Of a DNA stretch of 64,000 bases, positions 27,770 to 37,420 are shown piece by piece. The stretch comes from Candidatus Bathyarchaeota archaeon (GTDB lineage Archaea; Thermoproteota; Bathyarchaeia; Bathyarchaeales; Bathycorpusculaceae). Below the pieces are notes generated by a model. It searched no databases and was not told where the DNA came from. It was given only the letters and a program-made list of their open reading frames with translations. The translations under genes were made by a program, and so were the position numbers. The DNA is taken from contig CAWGYA010000008.1 in the NCBI GenBank assembly GCA_963826715.1, positions 608,001 through 672,000 of the forward strand, written 5' to 3'. Within the stretch, counting starts at the first letter, position 1. Every line of letters starts with the position of its first letter.

Positions 27770-29254
27770 TTAATTTTTCAAGGCGAATTTTACGCGGACT
27801 TTAGTTCTGCTAACCCAGTTTGCTAATGGGAGAAGCTGGTACTTGATAAAATCTGGCATCGAGTCTTTGAGTTCCCGATGCAGCCCCAGTTTAATAGCAA
27901 ACCTCCCCTTTGGAGTAAGGGGAATAAAGTAGCGGGCTACTGGATATTTGACAAAGCCGTTGTTCACTTTGAATTTATCAAGAGAGGGATGATTCCCCAT
28001 TCGTCCATACATTAACCAACGTTCTCTTTTGAATGCACAAACCTCGACCGCTTTGGCTAGGAGCGCATTATTAACAGATTGATCTCGGTACTTCTGCATT
28101 GAAAGGATATTTGAGAGGATGGCGACGTTGTCGCCATGCAGTATCTGGATAAAACCTGCCATTTCCTCACCAATATAGGCACCGATAAAGGTAGATTCTT
28201 TTTCTGCATAAATATTCGCTGACACAGTTTCCATTGTTTCACCGTAATGTGGGAAAGCACGTCCCTGCCTAATCGGCGTTTCATTATAGACCCGATAGAT
28301 ACCTTCAGCTAACTTTTCATTCTGCGGCAAAACTTCTAACTTCACGCCGTCCCGCTCAGCTTTCCGTATTAAGTTGCGGGTTTTTTTTCCAACCAATTTC
28401 ATCCAAGAAAGGTAATCGTTGATTTCGAGCAACGCGATGTTATCTTGCGATTTTACCCATGCCAGTGAGGGCTTAGAAATAGGGCAACACCATCTGCGTT
28501 CGATGAAGGTGAAGACGTCGATTCCTCTTTCACTCAGCTTAGATAGAAAGTATGGAGAAGGATTGATTTTTTTGTGATATTCCCTGAAATCCCGCGCTAT
28601 TTTAACTGAAACCGCCTTACGAATTCTAACCGCCTCTATGTCATTATCGACGTCTAGCATAGTCTTCAATACATCGTAGTAGGCACCTCGTTGAGTTCGT
28701 ACCGTTTGATTAAATAACCAATCAGGATGAATTGACATCACTATATCTTCGTGCACAAAAGTCTCAGTTTCCTTGAGTGCCCCCTCATAACCATATAGAT
28801 AACGTTCTCTATCTAAACTCATGGTTTTAAAGTCATGAAAGGAAATCAACGGAAACTCTTTGGGAATTACTGGCTGGGCTTCGCTGAGTTTGCGTCCCCA
28901 AAGAAGTTGGTTAAGAAATCCTGCGGTTCCATGCATAGTGTAGTACTTAATTTTTCGGTTGGTTTTTTCTTCAAGCATCCGCCACTCACGAAAGGGTTGG
29001 GTTGCCACATGGAGCGCCACTTCATGTCGCACTTCGCCCAACAAATTGAGCAACCTTTGATCAGGAATTGTATAATGAGTAAAAAACCAGTAGGCTTTAA
29101 CTTCTTTTTGGGACTCGTTAATCATTTGTGCAATGATACGTGCATTCTTAAGGTAATCAGTACCTCTTGTACTTTTAACCCGTAGGGCTATGCTCAAGAA
29201 ACTTTTTGGTCTTGAAGTGTAGGGGTAGTCAACGTCAATTCTTAGCGTTATCAT
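27770..29254 (-). CDS. Polysaccharide-deacetylase-like domain fused to a GNAT/FemAB-like domain
   Basis: N-terminal LRIDVD, EVALH, TMHG, SIHPDW; C-terminal KKTRNLIRKAERDGV, NNALLAKAVE, LDKFKVNNGF. Start is more likely ATG 29254. Confidence 0.65.
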   Translation of the reverse strand: MITLRIDVDYPYTSRPKSFLSIALRVKSTRGTDYLKNARIIAQMINESQKEVKAYWFFTHYTIPDQRLLNLLGEVRHEVALHVATQPFREWRMLEEKTNRKIKYYTMHGTAGFLNQLLWGRKLSEAQPVIPKEFPLISFHDFKTMSLDRERYLYGYEGALKETETFVHEDIVMSIHPDWLFNQTVRTQRGAYYDVLKTMLDVDNDIEAVRIRKAVSVKIARDFREYHKKINPSPYFLSKLSERGIDVFTFIERRWCCPISKPSLAWVKSQDNIALLEINDYLSWMKLVGKKTRNLIRKAERDGVKLEVLPQNEKLAEGIYRVYNETPIRQGRAFPHYGETMETVSANIYAEKESTFIGAYIGEEMAGFIQILHGDNVAILSNILSMQKYRDQSVNNALLAKAVEVCAFKRERWLMYGRMGNHPSLDKFKVNNGFVKYPVARYFIPLTPKGRFAIKLGLHRELKDSMPDFIKYQLLPLANWVSRTKVRVKFALKN

Positions 29255-29336
29255 TGCATCGTCAATTGTCAACCTATGAGGGCTAATTTTGGTTATAAAC
29301 CCTCCTAATGAGTAAAACTTTTTCCCTCTCTCTATT

Positions 29337-30827
29337 TTAGGGTCGAACATCTATGGCATAGCGTGATGCCCCTAAAATTAATCCATTGGAATGGATACCC
29401 AACATGCAAACTTGCCGACCAATTTCATCAACGCCTTCGCCGTACCCGTTAGAATAGCTATAATACATACCATAGAACATCTTCTCGACGTAACTGGACA
29501 TGTTCTTAGCAAAAACTGTATTATAAACGGCGAGGAAACCAAAAGCTACCTTCGTGTAAATAACAGATGAACTGTTGACTACGTTATTCGCGCCGTCCAG
29601 AATTGTCCATGTTCGCCCATCAGACAAAACAACCCATTCCCACTGCCAACTCGAGTCAACCGAGGACCCTTCACCGAAGGCATGATATTTTCCAGTTTGT
29701 TGATAATAGTTTTCGTGCGCTTGATATATTTTATTGACTAAATCTGTTAATCTGTCATTTTGAGGTGTTTCAAAAAAAACACTTAGCAGCACATCACTTG
29801 TAAGGGACGCCTGAGGCAAATTGAGGCCATTGACCGTTACTGTACCTGAAGAATAAATGTTGTCAAGGATATTTGACGTGGCACCCGAAAGCTGCTCTGG
29901 CCAGAAACTTGCAAACCCACTTGCTACATAATACGCATAGATGCTCTTTGACGTCAGGCTTTCAGCTTGTATACTTGGAACCAATCCTTCGTAGTTCGAT
30001 CTGTTATCGTAGACATTGTAAATTAGGTTATTGATACGAGTTGCGTTGATTGGAGAATAATTTCTTAGGTTGTTGTATGCAACAAGTAGTCTACCAGTAT
30101 CAGCGACGTCAACAACAAAATTTGGAACATCAGAGTTATCATGGAAGACCCCTCCGTCATCAGACTGATAAAACCAGTATGGGTAACTTGCATTGTCCAG
30201 TTCACGGGTTTCACAGAAGGTCAAAACTTTATCTATCCTATCATTGAATCCCCATGCACCATCTTTCGTAATTATTCCAATTTTTGAAGCATCTATAGTT
30301 GCTTGAATATAAACTCCCAAATCCCAATCTGTAAAATACGGATAAGCGTTGCCTGATAGTGGAAGTCCAGTTTTGCTGTTGACACCGTATCCTGGTCTTA
30401 AATAGTTCCATGCATTAGCTGCGACCTCCCGCCAAACAGAACTATTCATTGCTTGGGCGCCTTCAATTGGGCCAAGTTTTCTACTGATTATGGCAGAGTT
30501 TATGGTTTTGCCAGCATCTTGGATCAGTTTCCCCAAATCGCCAAGCGGATTGCTTTGGGGAGGTGGAGTAGTGTTTGTTGTTTGCTGAGTTGTTGTGGGT
30601 GTAGGTGTAACAGTTGGCTGTGGCTCTGCTCTGTCCCCCTTAGGAAGAAATGCCACTGTTGGAAGCAAAATCACCGCTATCAAAATAATTGCGATAAGAA
30701 TTTTTTCTTTTCGGTTTAGCTTCCACGTTTTAGGATTGAAAGCACTTCCTTTGTTTTCAGGGATAGGTGGCGTTTGTACTGTTTCTATAATTTTTCTGTG
30801 AAAATATCGAAATTTCCTAAAACGCAC
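29337..30827 (-). CDS. Membrane-anchored DUF3131 family (alpha/alpha-barrel glycoside hydrolase-like) protein
   Basis: N-terminal TM helix and Thr/Pro linker; AANAWNY, NSKTGLP, TDWDLG, DTGRLLV, TKVAFG, N.LIL.A. Confidence 0.75.
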   Translation of the reverse strand: MRFRKFRYFHRKIIETVQTPPIPENKGSAFNPKTWKLNRKEKILIAIILIAVILLPTVAFLPKGDRAEPQPTVTPTPTTTQQTTNTTPPPQSNPLGDLGKLIQDAGKTINSAIISRKLGPIEGAQAMNSSVWREVAANAWNYLRPGYGVNSKTGLPLSGNAYPYFTDWDLGVYIQATIDASKIGIITKDGAWGFNDRIDKVLTFCETRELDNASYPYWFYQSDDGGVFHDNSDVPNFVVDVADTGRLLVAYNNLRNYSPINATRINNLIYNVYDNRSNYEGLVPSIQAESLTSKSIYAYYVASGFASFWPEQLSGATSNILDNIYSSGTVTVNGLNLPQASLTSDVLLSVFFETPQNDRLTDLVNKIYQAHENYYQQTGKYHAFGEGSSVDSSWQWEWVVLSDGRTWTILDGANNVVNSSSVIYTKVAFGFLAVYNTVFAKNMSSYVEKMFYGMYYSYSNGYGEGVDEIGRQVCMLGIHSNGLILGASRYAIDVRP

Positions 30828-30974
30828 CCATTTTTTCCCTCAATTTATTTAACGATAACTCTTCTATTGATTTGTAAACTAAAGACAGATCAATAAATCA
30901 CCAATTTCGATTTAAAGCTATTGCTAATTTCTCTTTAATGCCATTTAACCATAAAGTACAGTGCACCAGGACAA

Positions 30975-32105
30975 TCAAGTTTCCATTACTATTTTTAGGT
31001 GTTGCCAAATACCATTTTCGAAATTATCAGGAGTCAACGCCTCAATTCTGTGCCACAGTTCCCTTCTCATAACATCCCAGCTTGGATTATTCATATTAGT
31101 AACTATTTTCTGTTTTAAATCATCATAAGTGTTCCAGCGGAATGCCTCAGGGATAAACTCTCTCATACCGCCGCTGTCATGAACCAAAGTAACGCATCCG
31201 CTTGCCAACCCCTCAACTGGTGCAATACCGAAGTGTTCGGCCTCCATAAGATGTACATATATACGACTGTCATGGAGGATCTTGAGGAGTTCTGGTCCTG
31301 GCAGGTTGGGTTTGACGACATAGTTTCGGGGAAGGTTCTGGGAGAAATTTTCAAACCATTTTTTCTCTGCGTCTATCAAACCACCAACGCTAATGAAGTC
31401 GTATGCCGGCAAATCCAAAGCCAGTTTTTTGAGTATTTCGTGTCTTTTTATGGGGATAAAGCGCGCGGTATAAACAACTCTCTTCCGACGGGTTTCCAAA
31501 GATGTTTCACACCAGAATAAATGTAAATTAATCGGCGGATAAACTACAATAGGTTCTTTCACTCCATAGCTTTTCCAATAACGTATTATTGCTTCCTTCG
31601 TGTATTCGCTGTTGCAAAACACAAGGTCCAGCTTGCCAATACCCTGCTCAACCCAATGTTTAAACAGCCACAAGTACAGTTTTCTTTTAAATGCTCCTTT
31701 GGCGTAGTCAAAATGGATTTCTGGAAAATGAACATACGCAAAGTTCTTTCTGGCCTGGTTTAAGAAAATTGGTTCAAAGGGTGAAGATGATTGTGTAGAG
31801 AAAAGATAATCATATTTTAAAACATCACGATATCTTTTGAGAAGTCTAACTAAGTTGCGGTGTCGCTTATAAATGGTGAAGGGTGGTTCAACTTCTATAC
31901 GTTTCCCCAACGAGTGGATATGAACTTCTTTAGGAAATTCATCACCTACTATTTCCTTGTACCTTTCAGAGTCAAAATCAAAAGTTAACAATTCAACATC
32001 TTGCCCTTTACTAATTAGGGTTTTTATTACGTTGTGGCAAACGCGTTCACCGCCACCATAGATATCCAAGTATGGGTGGACAACAAGGAAAGTTGCCATA
32101 GTCAT
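30975..32105 (-). CDS. Glycosyltransferase family 4 (Alg11-like)
   Basis: GGGERV, YVHFP, CNSEYT, VVYPP, ARF...KRH, EHFGIAPVEGLASG, HDSGG. Confidence 0.9.
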   Translation of the reverse strand: MTMATFLVVHPYLDIYGGGERVCHNVIKTLISKGQDVELLTFDFDSERYKEIVGDEFPKEVHIHSLGKRIEVEPPFTIYKRHRNLVRLLKRYRDVLKYDYLFSTQSSSPFEPIFLNQARKNFAYVHFPEIHFDYAKGAFKRKLYLWLFKHWVEQGIGKLDLVFCNSEYTKEAIIRYWKSYGVKEPIVVYPPINLHLFWCETSLETRRKRVVYTARFIPIKRHEILKKLALDLPAYDFISVGGLIDAEKKWFENFSQNLPRNYVVKPNLPGPELLKILHDSRIYVHLMEAEHFGIAPVEGLASGCVTLVHDSGGMREFIPEAFRWNTYDDLKQKIVTNMNNPSWDVMRRELWHRIEALTPDNFENGIWQHLKIVMET

Positions 32106-32238
32106 AACCTCTAGTTTATTATATAATGCATGTTATCAATTTTTAGAAATAAAAGCGTGTTGTGTGTGAATAAATATCAAATTAAATACAGAAGGCTTAC
32201 ATATAGAACCCTTTGGAGAATAACTTAAAGGTGCCGTC

Positions 32239-33207
32239 TTGCAAGACCAAAAAAGTGTAACAATAATCATTGTTAACTGGAATCAAAAAAAGTGTTTAGA
32301 CACCTGTCTGACCTCAATAAAGAGCAAAACAAACTACAAAAAATTTCATACAGTTGTAATTGATAATGGTAGCACTGACGGTTCTCCTCAGATGGTTAGA
32401 GAAAAATTTGCTCGGGATCATTTGGTTGTTTTCGATAAAAACTATGGTTTCTCTATCGGCAACAACAATGGCATAATTTATGCGCTTAAAAAGTTCAATC
32501 CCGACTATTTGTTGCTTCTAAATAATGATACGGAGATAATTCAGTCAGATTGGCTAAACAAACTGGTTCTTGCTGTGGAGTCCACTCCAAATGTGGGAAT
32601 TGTAGGCTGTAAACTCGTTTACCCTAATGGAAAAACACAATACATAGGCACGGAAATGACCGTTCAAGGCTTGTCATGGATTAACCCAGAAACCGAATGT
32701 AAATACCCCCGGGCTTTTGACGTTACTGCGGTTCTTGGCGCTTGTTTCTTAATCAAAAGAGAAGTTATCGAAAAAATAGGTTTTTTAGATATCGGGTTTT
32801 CTCCTTTTGTACATGAAGAATCAGACTATTGTATCAGAGCTAGGAAGGCAGGTTACCGTATTCGTATAATACTCGATGCTGTTGTGATTCATCAGTGGAA
32901 AACGTCAATCGCAACAGTAAACTCAGCACGGTTACAATACATTGTCAGGCGGAATTTTCTCAGGTTTATGCTGCTAAACTTCCCTCTCACTTGGCTTGTT
33001 CGGCGAACAAAGACTGAGGCTAGAATTCTAATTGGATGTTTTATAACGAGAAATAAAGGAGGAGTTGCTCCTGTCAAACTACGAAGTGGCAAAGATTTTC
33101 TTGAAAGGTTAAAAATTAATTCTTACAGTTGGTTGTACAATCTGAAGCGGTTACGTGAGATAATATCAAAACGTCGAAATAGAACAAAAAAACTGCCTCC
33201 GGTATAA
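32239..33207 (+). CDS. Glycosyltransferase family 2
   Basis: IIIVNWN, VIDNGSTDGS, NYGFSIGNN, LLNND, GACFLI, EESDYC. Confidence 0.92.
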   Translation: MQDQKSVTIIIVNWNQKKCLDTCLTSIKSKTNYKKFHTVVIDNGSTDGSPQMVREKFARDHLVVFDKNYGFSIGNNNGIIYALKKFNPDYLLLLNNDTEIIQSDWLNKLVLAVESTPNVGIVGCKLVYPNGKTQYIGTEMTVQGLSWINPETECKYPRAFDVTAVLGACFLIKREVIEKIGFLDIGFSPFVHEESDYCIRARKAGYRIRIILDAVVIHQWKTSIATVNSARLQYIVRRNFLRFMLLNFPLTWLVRRTKTEARILIGCFITRNKGGVAPVKLRSGKDFLERLKINSYSWLYNLKRLREIISKRRNRTKKLPPV

Positions 33208-33313
33208 CATCAAAAATTTAGACAAGTTCTCCTGTAATCTTTTTGCGGGTAGCAAGATATATACGGCTGCAAGAAAAGTGGTACTATAATTGGTTTCAGG
33301 AACGCAGAAAAAC

Positions 33314-34705
33314 ATGGTGCCCAAAGAAAGAAAGCTTAAAGTGGTTTTTGCTGACCCGCCGTTTGACAGGACATCTAAAGGGGAAGCGGTGACAGAATCA
33401 CCGAATTTGGGCATCCTCTACCTCATCAGCTACGTCAAACCTCGACTTCAAAATATAGAGTACGTTTACTTGGAGCCGTTCCTCTCGATGGAAGAGCATA
33501 TCGCGAAGATTCGAGAAATTCAGCCTGATGTGTATGCTATTTCATTTACTACTCCGCGGCGCAACCTTGCATTTGAGACAATAGCGAAGGTTAAAGCCTT
33601 AGGTTTACCAATGCTTTTGGTTGCGGGCGGAGCTCATCCGACAATCGATCCCCAAGATGTTCTTAAAAACACACCTATTGAAGTTTGTATTTTAGGTGAG
33701 GGGGAAGATACCTTAAATGAACTTCTCGAGGCGGTCCAAGCTGGGGAATCCATACTTGACATAAATGGAACAGTCAACAAGCGCAAAAACAATGGTATCC
33801 GACCGCTTCTAAAAGATATCGACTTTTTTCCAGCATGGGAAATGATTGACTTCAAAAACTATGACATTGCAGTCAGCAAAAAGCGACGCATGGCATATCT
33901 ACTTCCAATACGTGGCTGTCCCAATTATTGCACCTACTGCAGCAATCCCGTATGGAAACTCGAAAAACCTTGGATGCGGAAACGATCACCGAAAAACATC
34001 GCTGAAGAAGTCGCTTATTTATACGATCGGGGAATTCGCGAAATTTACTTGCGTTCTGACACCTTTAACGTGGATATCAAATGGTGTCTACAGGTATGTG
34101 ACGAAATCGAGAAACTTCAACTTAAAGAAATGGTATTCCAATGTAACCTCCGAGCTGACAAACTCAACGACGAGCTTGCCCATAGGCTTAATGACATTCA
34201 TGTGTGGCTTGTTCACATAGGTCTAGAATCCGCAAATGATCGCGTCCTCAAAGGTATCGGCAAGAATGCCACACAAGCTGACAACCTTTGCACACTCCAA
34301 CTGCTGAAAAAGCACAAAATCAAAGTCTACGGTTTTTTGATGCTCTACAACGCATGGGAAGTCAATGGCAAACTCGAACACGAAACCCCAGAGGAAGTCA
34401 ACAACACTTTAGAGTTCGCGCGCACTTGCCTACGCGATAACTTGATAGAGTTCATTTCCTGGTCCATCACTAATCCCATTATTGGCTCTAAACTCCATGA
34501 TATTGCCAAACGCCACAACATCGCGACTCACAACGTAAAAATCGGCAACTGCATGCGCTTTCCAGATGTAAATGAGGAGCAGATGGTTGAGCACGTCAAG
34601 CAAGGCATGGTATTACAGCTACTCAACGGCATACAAAAAGGCATGATAACCAAGAAAAACTACAAACGCGCCGCTCAGAAAGCCACCAAAATCCTCAACT
34701 TGTAG
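33314..34705 (+). CDS. B12-binding radical SAM protein (class B methyltransferase-like)
   Basis: PNLGILYL, AGGAHPT, GEGE, RGCPNYCTYC (CxxxCxxC), GLESAN. Confidence 0.9.
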   Translation: MVPKERKLKVVFADPPFDRTSKGEAVTESPNLGILYLISYVKPRLQNIEYVYLEPFLSMEEHIAKIREIQPDVYAISFTTPRRNLAFETIAKVKALGLPMLLVAGGAHPTIDPQDVLKNTPIEVCILGEGEDTLNELLEAVQAGESILDINGTVNKRKNNGIRPLLKDIDFFPAWEMIDFKNYDIAVSKKRRMAYLLPIRGCPNYCTYCSNPVWKLEKPWMRKRSPKNIAEEVAYLYDRGIREIYLRSDTFNVDIKWCLQVCDEIEKLQLKEMVFQCNLRADKLNDELAHRLNDIHVWLVHIGLESANDRVLKGIGKNATQADNLCTLQLLKKHKIKVYGFLMLYNAWEVNGKLEHETPEEVNNTLEFARTCLRDNLIEFISWSITNPIIGSKLHDIAKRHNIATHNVKIGNCMRFPDVNEEQMVEHVKQGMVLQLLNGIQKGMITKKNYKRAAQKATKILNL

Positions 34706-34749
34706 TTGTCGTGGCAAACTTTTTAACTTTAGAGGAAAACATAACCACT

Positions 34750-35478
34750 ATGCCATCCTGCCCTGACTCTGATTTCAAAGTTGATTTTGTGATTCCTTCC
34801 CGGAATATTGCAAACCAGACCTTGCTTAACCAAATCAAGCAAATGCCATGCGCAGGAGATATCATAAACATCCATGAGAAGCCGCTGTCCGTGGCCCGCA
34901 AACACGGAGTTCTGGCAGCACAAACGGAGTGGGTTGCGATGGTAGACGACGATATGCTTCTGCCCAGTGACTGGCTTTTGAAAGTTACCAAAGCGATCGA
35001 GCCCAAGGTAGGCGCAATCGGTACCGTGGCAGTACACAAAAATCCACACGCTGCAGCATATGAACGGGTAGTTGGCACCATCTATAACCTAAGCAAACTC
35101 GACACTAATCCCCACATAAATAACATCATCATCCGCCGCAAACTCATGGAAAACTACAATCCACCCCCATTGTTCTTCGGTGAAGACCAAGTCTTCAAAC
35201 GATACGTCCAAAAAACAGGCTATCATTGGAAAGTTCTGCCATTTCTGGGCGCAACACATCTGGGCACATCTAAAAACTACGTAACCATTGGCATATCGTA
35301 TCGTCGCTATGGGCACTTCAGTCTCTTAAAATTATTTAGGCGGATTGTTGCCAGATTCATTTTTACTCCGTATGCCGCGATTTCTAATATGAGCCTCAAA
35401 ACTTTTATCTACCTGACGAAACTCAACATCGAATTCATCGCAGGCTGGACAAAAGAACTTACGATAGAAAAACAGTAG
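34750..35478 (+). CDS. Glycosyltransferase family 2-like (GT-A fold)
   Basis: VDFVIPS, ARKHG, WVAMVDDD (DxD), GED. Confidence 0.75.
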   Translation: MPSCPDSDFKVDFVIPSRNIANQTLLNQIKQMPCAGDIINIHEKPLSVARKHGVLAAQTEWVAMVDDDMLLPSDWLLKVTKAIEPKVGAIGTVAVHKNPHAAAYERVVGTIYNLSKLDTNPHINNIIIRRKLMENYNPPPLFFGEDQVFKRYVQKTGYHWKVLPFLGATHLGTSKNYVTIGISYRRYGHFSLLKLFRRIVARFIFTPYAAISNMSLKTFIYLTKLNIEFIAGWTKELTIEKQ

Positions 35479-35558
35479 CGAAAACAAATCGCCACTTTGT
35501 TTTCGGTGGTTTAATGTTCCTCGCTAAATAAGGAAGTTCGTTTTTTTTAAGCGACAGG

Positions 35559-36905
35559 TTACCGCATTTTCATTAGAACCATTTCAGCCGCCAAAACCAT
35601 GGGTTCCCATGTTTCGCAGAGTGGCGGAGCGTATGCGGTGTCGGCTTTAGCGAGTTCGCGCACGGTCATACCTTTTTGGATGGCAAAGCTAAGGCAATTG
35701 ATGCGTTGGGTAACTTCTTCGCCTCCAACAACTTGCGCACCAATGATGCGTTGGCTTTCTTTTTCGACGATAAGTTTGATTTTGATGGGTTTGGCGCCTG
35801 GGAAGTAATCAGCTTTGGTTTTGCTGCTGATAGCGCCTGTCAACACTTCAAGTTGGTTGCGATTCGCAGCGTTTTCTGTTAAGCCCGTGTTGCCTGCTTC
35901 AATTTCAAAGAGCCTTGTGACTGCCGAGGCTAAAACGCCGCTGAAAAGAGAGTAGCCGCCTGCCGCATTTGCGCCTGCCACCTTTCCTTCGCGAACCGCG
36001 ACAGTGCCAAGTTGGGCACAGGTGGTACGGTGGGTGATAATACTTGGGGCTTCAGCGCAGTCACCCACAGCATAGATATCTTTGACTTCGGTTTCCATGC
36101 GGCTGTTAGTCTTAATTGATCGGGTTTCACCAAGGGGGATACCGGCATCCGCTGCGAGTTTTGTTGATGCGCGCACACCAAATGCGCTGATGAAAAGATC
36201 TGCATTAATAACTTCGCCACCTGCAACTACTGCAGTGACTCTATCAGTTCCCAAGAACTCTTCAACTCCTTTTCCGAGCATTATCTTCATTCCTTTCTCT
36301 TCGAGGTGCTGCTGCACAAGCTTAGCCATATCCGGGTCAAGTAATTGTGGTAGAATCTGGGGCATAAGTTCCACCATGGTAACATTTAAACCCCGCTCCA
36401 TTAAGCCAACGCCAACTTCAAGCCCAATTAAGCCTGCTCCCATGATTATAGCAGATTTGGCGCCCGCTTTTATGGCAGCATCAATTTTTTCTCCGTCATC
36501 GATTCCTCGCAGGCTTAGTATACCCGGTTTCTCTCTACCCTTAATGGGAGGCATGAATGAATCGGCGCCTGTTGCAATTATGAGACTGTCGTAGGACAGA
36601 GTTTCGGTTGCACCCCGACAGGATTGGATAGTGACGGTTTTCTCTTTGATATTTATGGCAGTGGCAAGGGTTTGGGTACACAAATTTAATTTGAGCATCT
36701 GGAAGTAAGCGGGTGGATAAACGATCAGGTTAGAAAAGTTAGCGATGTGCCCACCAATAACAAAGGGCAAGCCGCATCGACTGTATCCCGCGTTTTTCTC
36801 TTGTGTAATGAGGGTGATTTCAGCGACTCGGTCTTTTTTACGTGCAGCAGAAGCTGCCTCTACGCCAGAAGCATTTGCGCCGATGATAAGTATACGCCTA
36901 GCCAT
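35559..36905 (-). CDS. FAD-dependent pyridine nucleotide-disulfide oxidoreductase (CoA-disulfide reductase/NADH oxidase family)
   Basis: YSRCGLP (single redox Cys), IATG, GAGLIGLE, YAVGDC, YAPP. Confidence 0.88.
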   Translation of the reverse strand: MARRILIIGANASGVEAASAARKKDRVAEITLITQEKNAGYSRCGLPFVIGGHIANFSNLIVYPPAYFQMLKLNLCTQTLATAINIKEKTVTIQSCRGATETLSYDSLIIATGADSFMPPIKGREKPGILSLRGIDDGEKIDAAIKAGAKSAIIMGAGLIGLEVGVGLMERGLNVTMVELMPQILPQLLDPDMAKLVQQHLEEKGMKIMLGKGVEEFLGTDRVTAVVAGGEVINADLFISAFGVRASTKLAADAGIPLGETRSIKTNSRMETEVKDIYAVGDCAEAPSIITHRTTCAQLGTVAVREGKVAGANAAGGYSLFSGVLASAVTRLFEIEAGNTGLTENAANRNQLEVLTGAISSKTKADYFPGAKPIKIKLIVEKESQRIIGAQVVGGEEVTQRINCLSFAIQKGMTVRELAKADTAYAPPLCETWEPMVLAAEMVLMKMR

Positions 36906-36920
36906 CCCACTTCGCCTAAT

Positions 36921-37340
36921 TCAGCACTTGTCTGTCGATTGGGATTTATGCCACTCAACAGCAGTTTCAAAATTCATCAGGTTAGCGAGGTCGGCTTGTA
37001 GATTAGGAGATTTAATTACGAGGAGCCAACCTTTGCCGTAGGGGTCTTCGTTTAAGGTTTCAGGTTTAGATTGAACTTCTTCGTTGACTTCCTCTATGGT
37101 ACCCGTAACGGCAGAGATGAGGTCAGATACGGCTTTAACTGATTCGAGTGTCCCATAAGGCTCGTTTTGTTTGACTTGTGATCCAATAGAAGGCAATTCA
37201 GCATAGACAATTTCCCGTAGTGATTTCTGCGCATAATCAGTTATGCCTACGCGGACTTTGTCCCCTTCAATTTTTACCCATTCAAAATCCTTGGAGAAGT
37301 AGAGCCCTTCAGGCACTTCATATTGTTCAACTTTAACCAT
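36921..37340 (-). CDS. gcvH: Glycine cleavage system H protein (lipoyl carrier)
   Basis: EW, VGITDYAQ, ESVKAV (lipoyl Lys), NEDPYGKGWL. Confidence 0.93.
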   Translation of the reverse strand: MVKVEQYEVPEGLYFSKDFEWVKIEGDKVRVGITDYAQKSLREIVYAELPSIGSQVKQNEPYGTLESVKAVSDLISAVTGTIEEVNEEVQSKPETLNEDPYGKGWLLVIKSPNLQADLANLMNFETAVEWHKSQSTDKC

Positions 37341-37420
37341 GCACCGTACCTTCTGTATATTCTTGAAAAAGAAGTAGTAGAAATAACCTATAAAAGGTTA
37401 TATTAGGAGAAGATTGGCTG

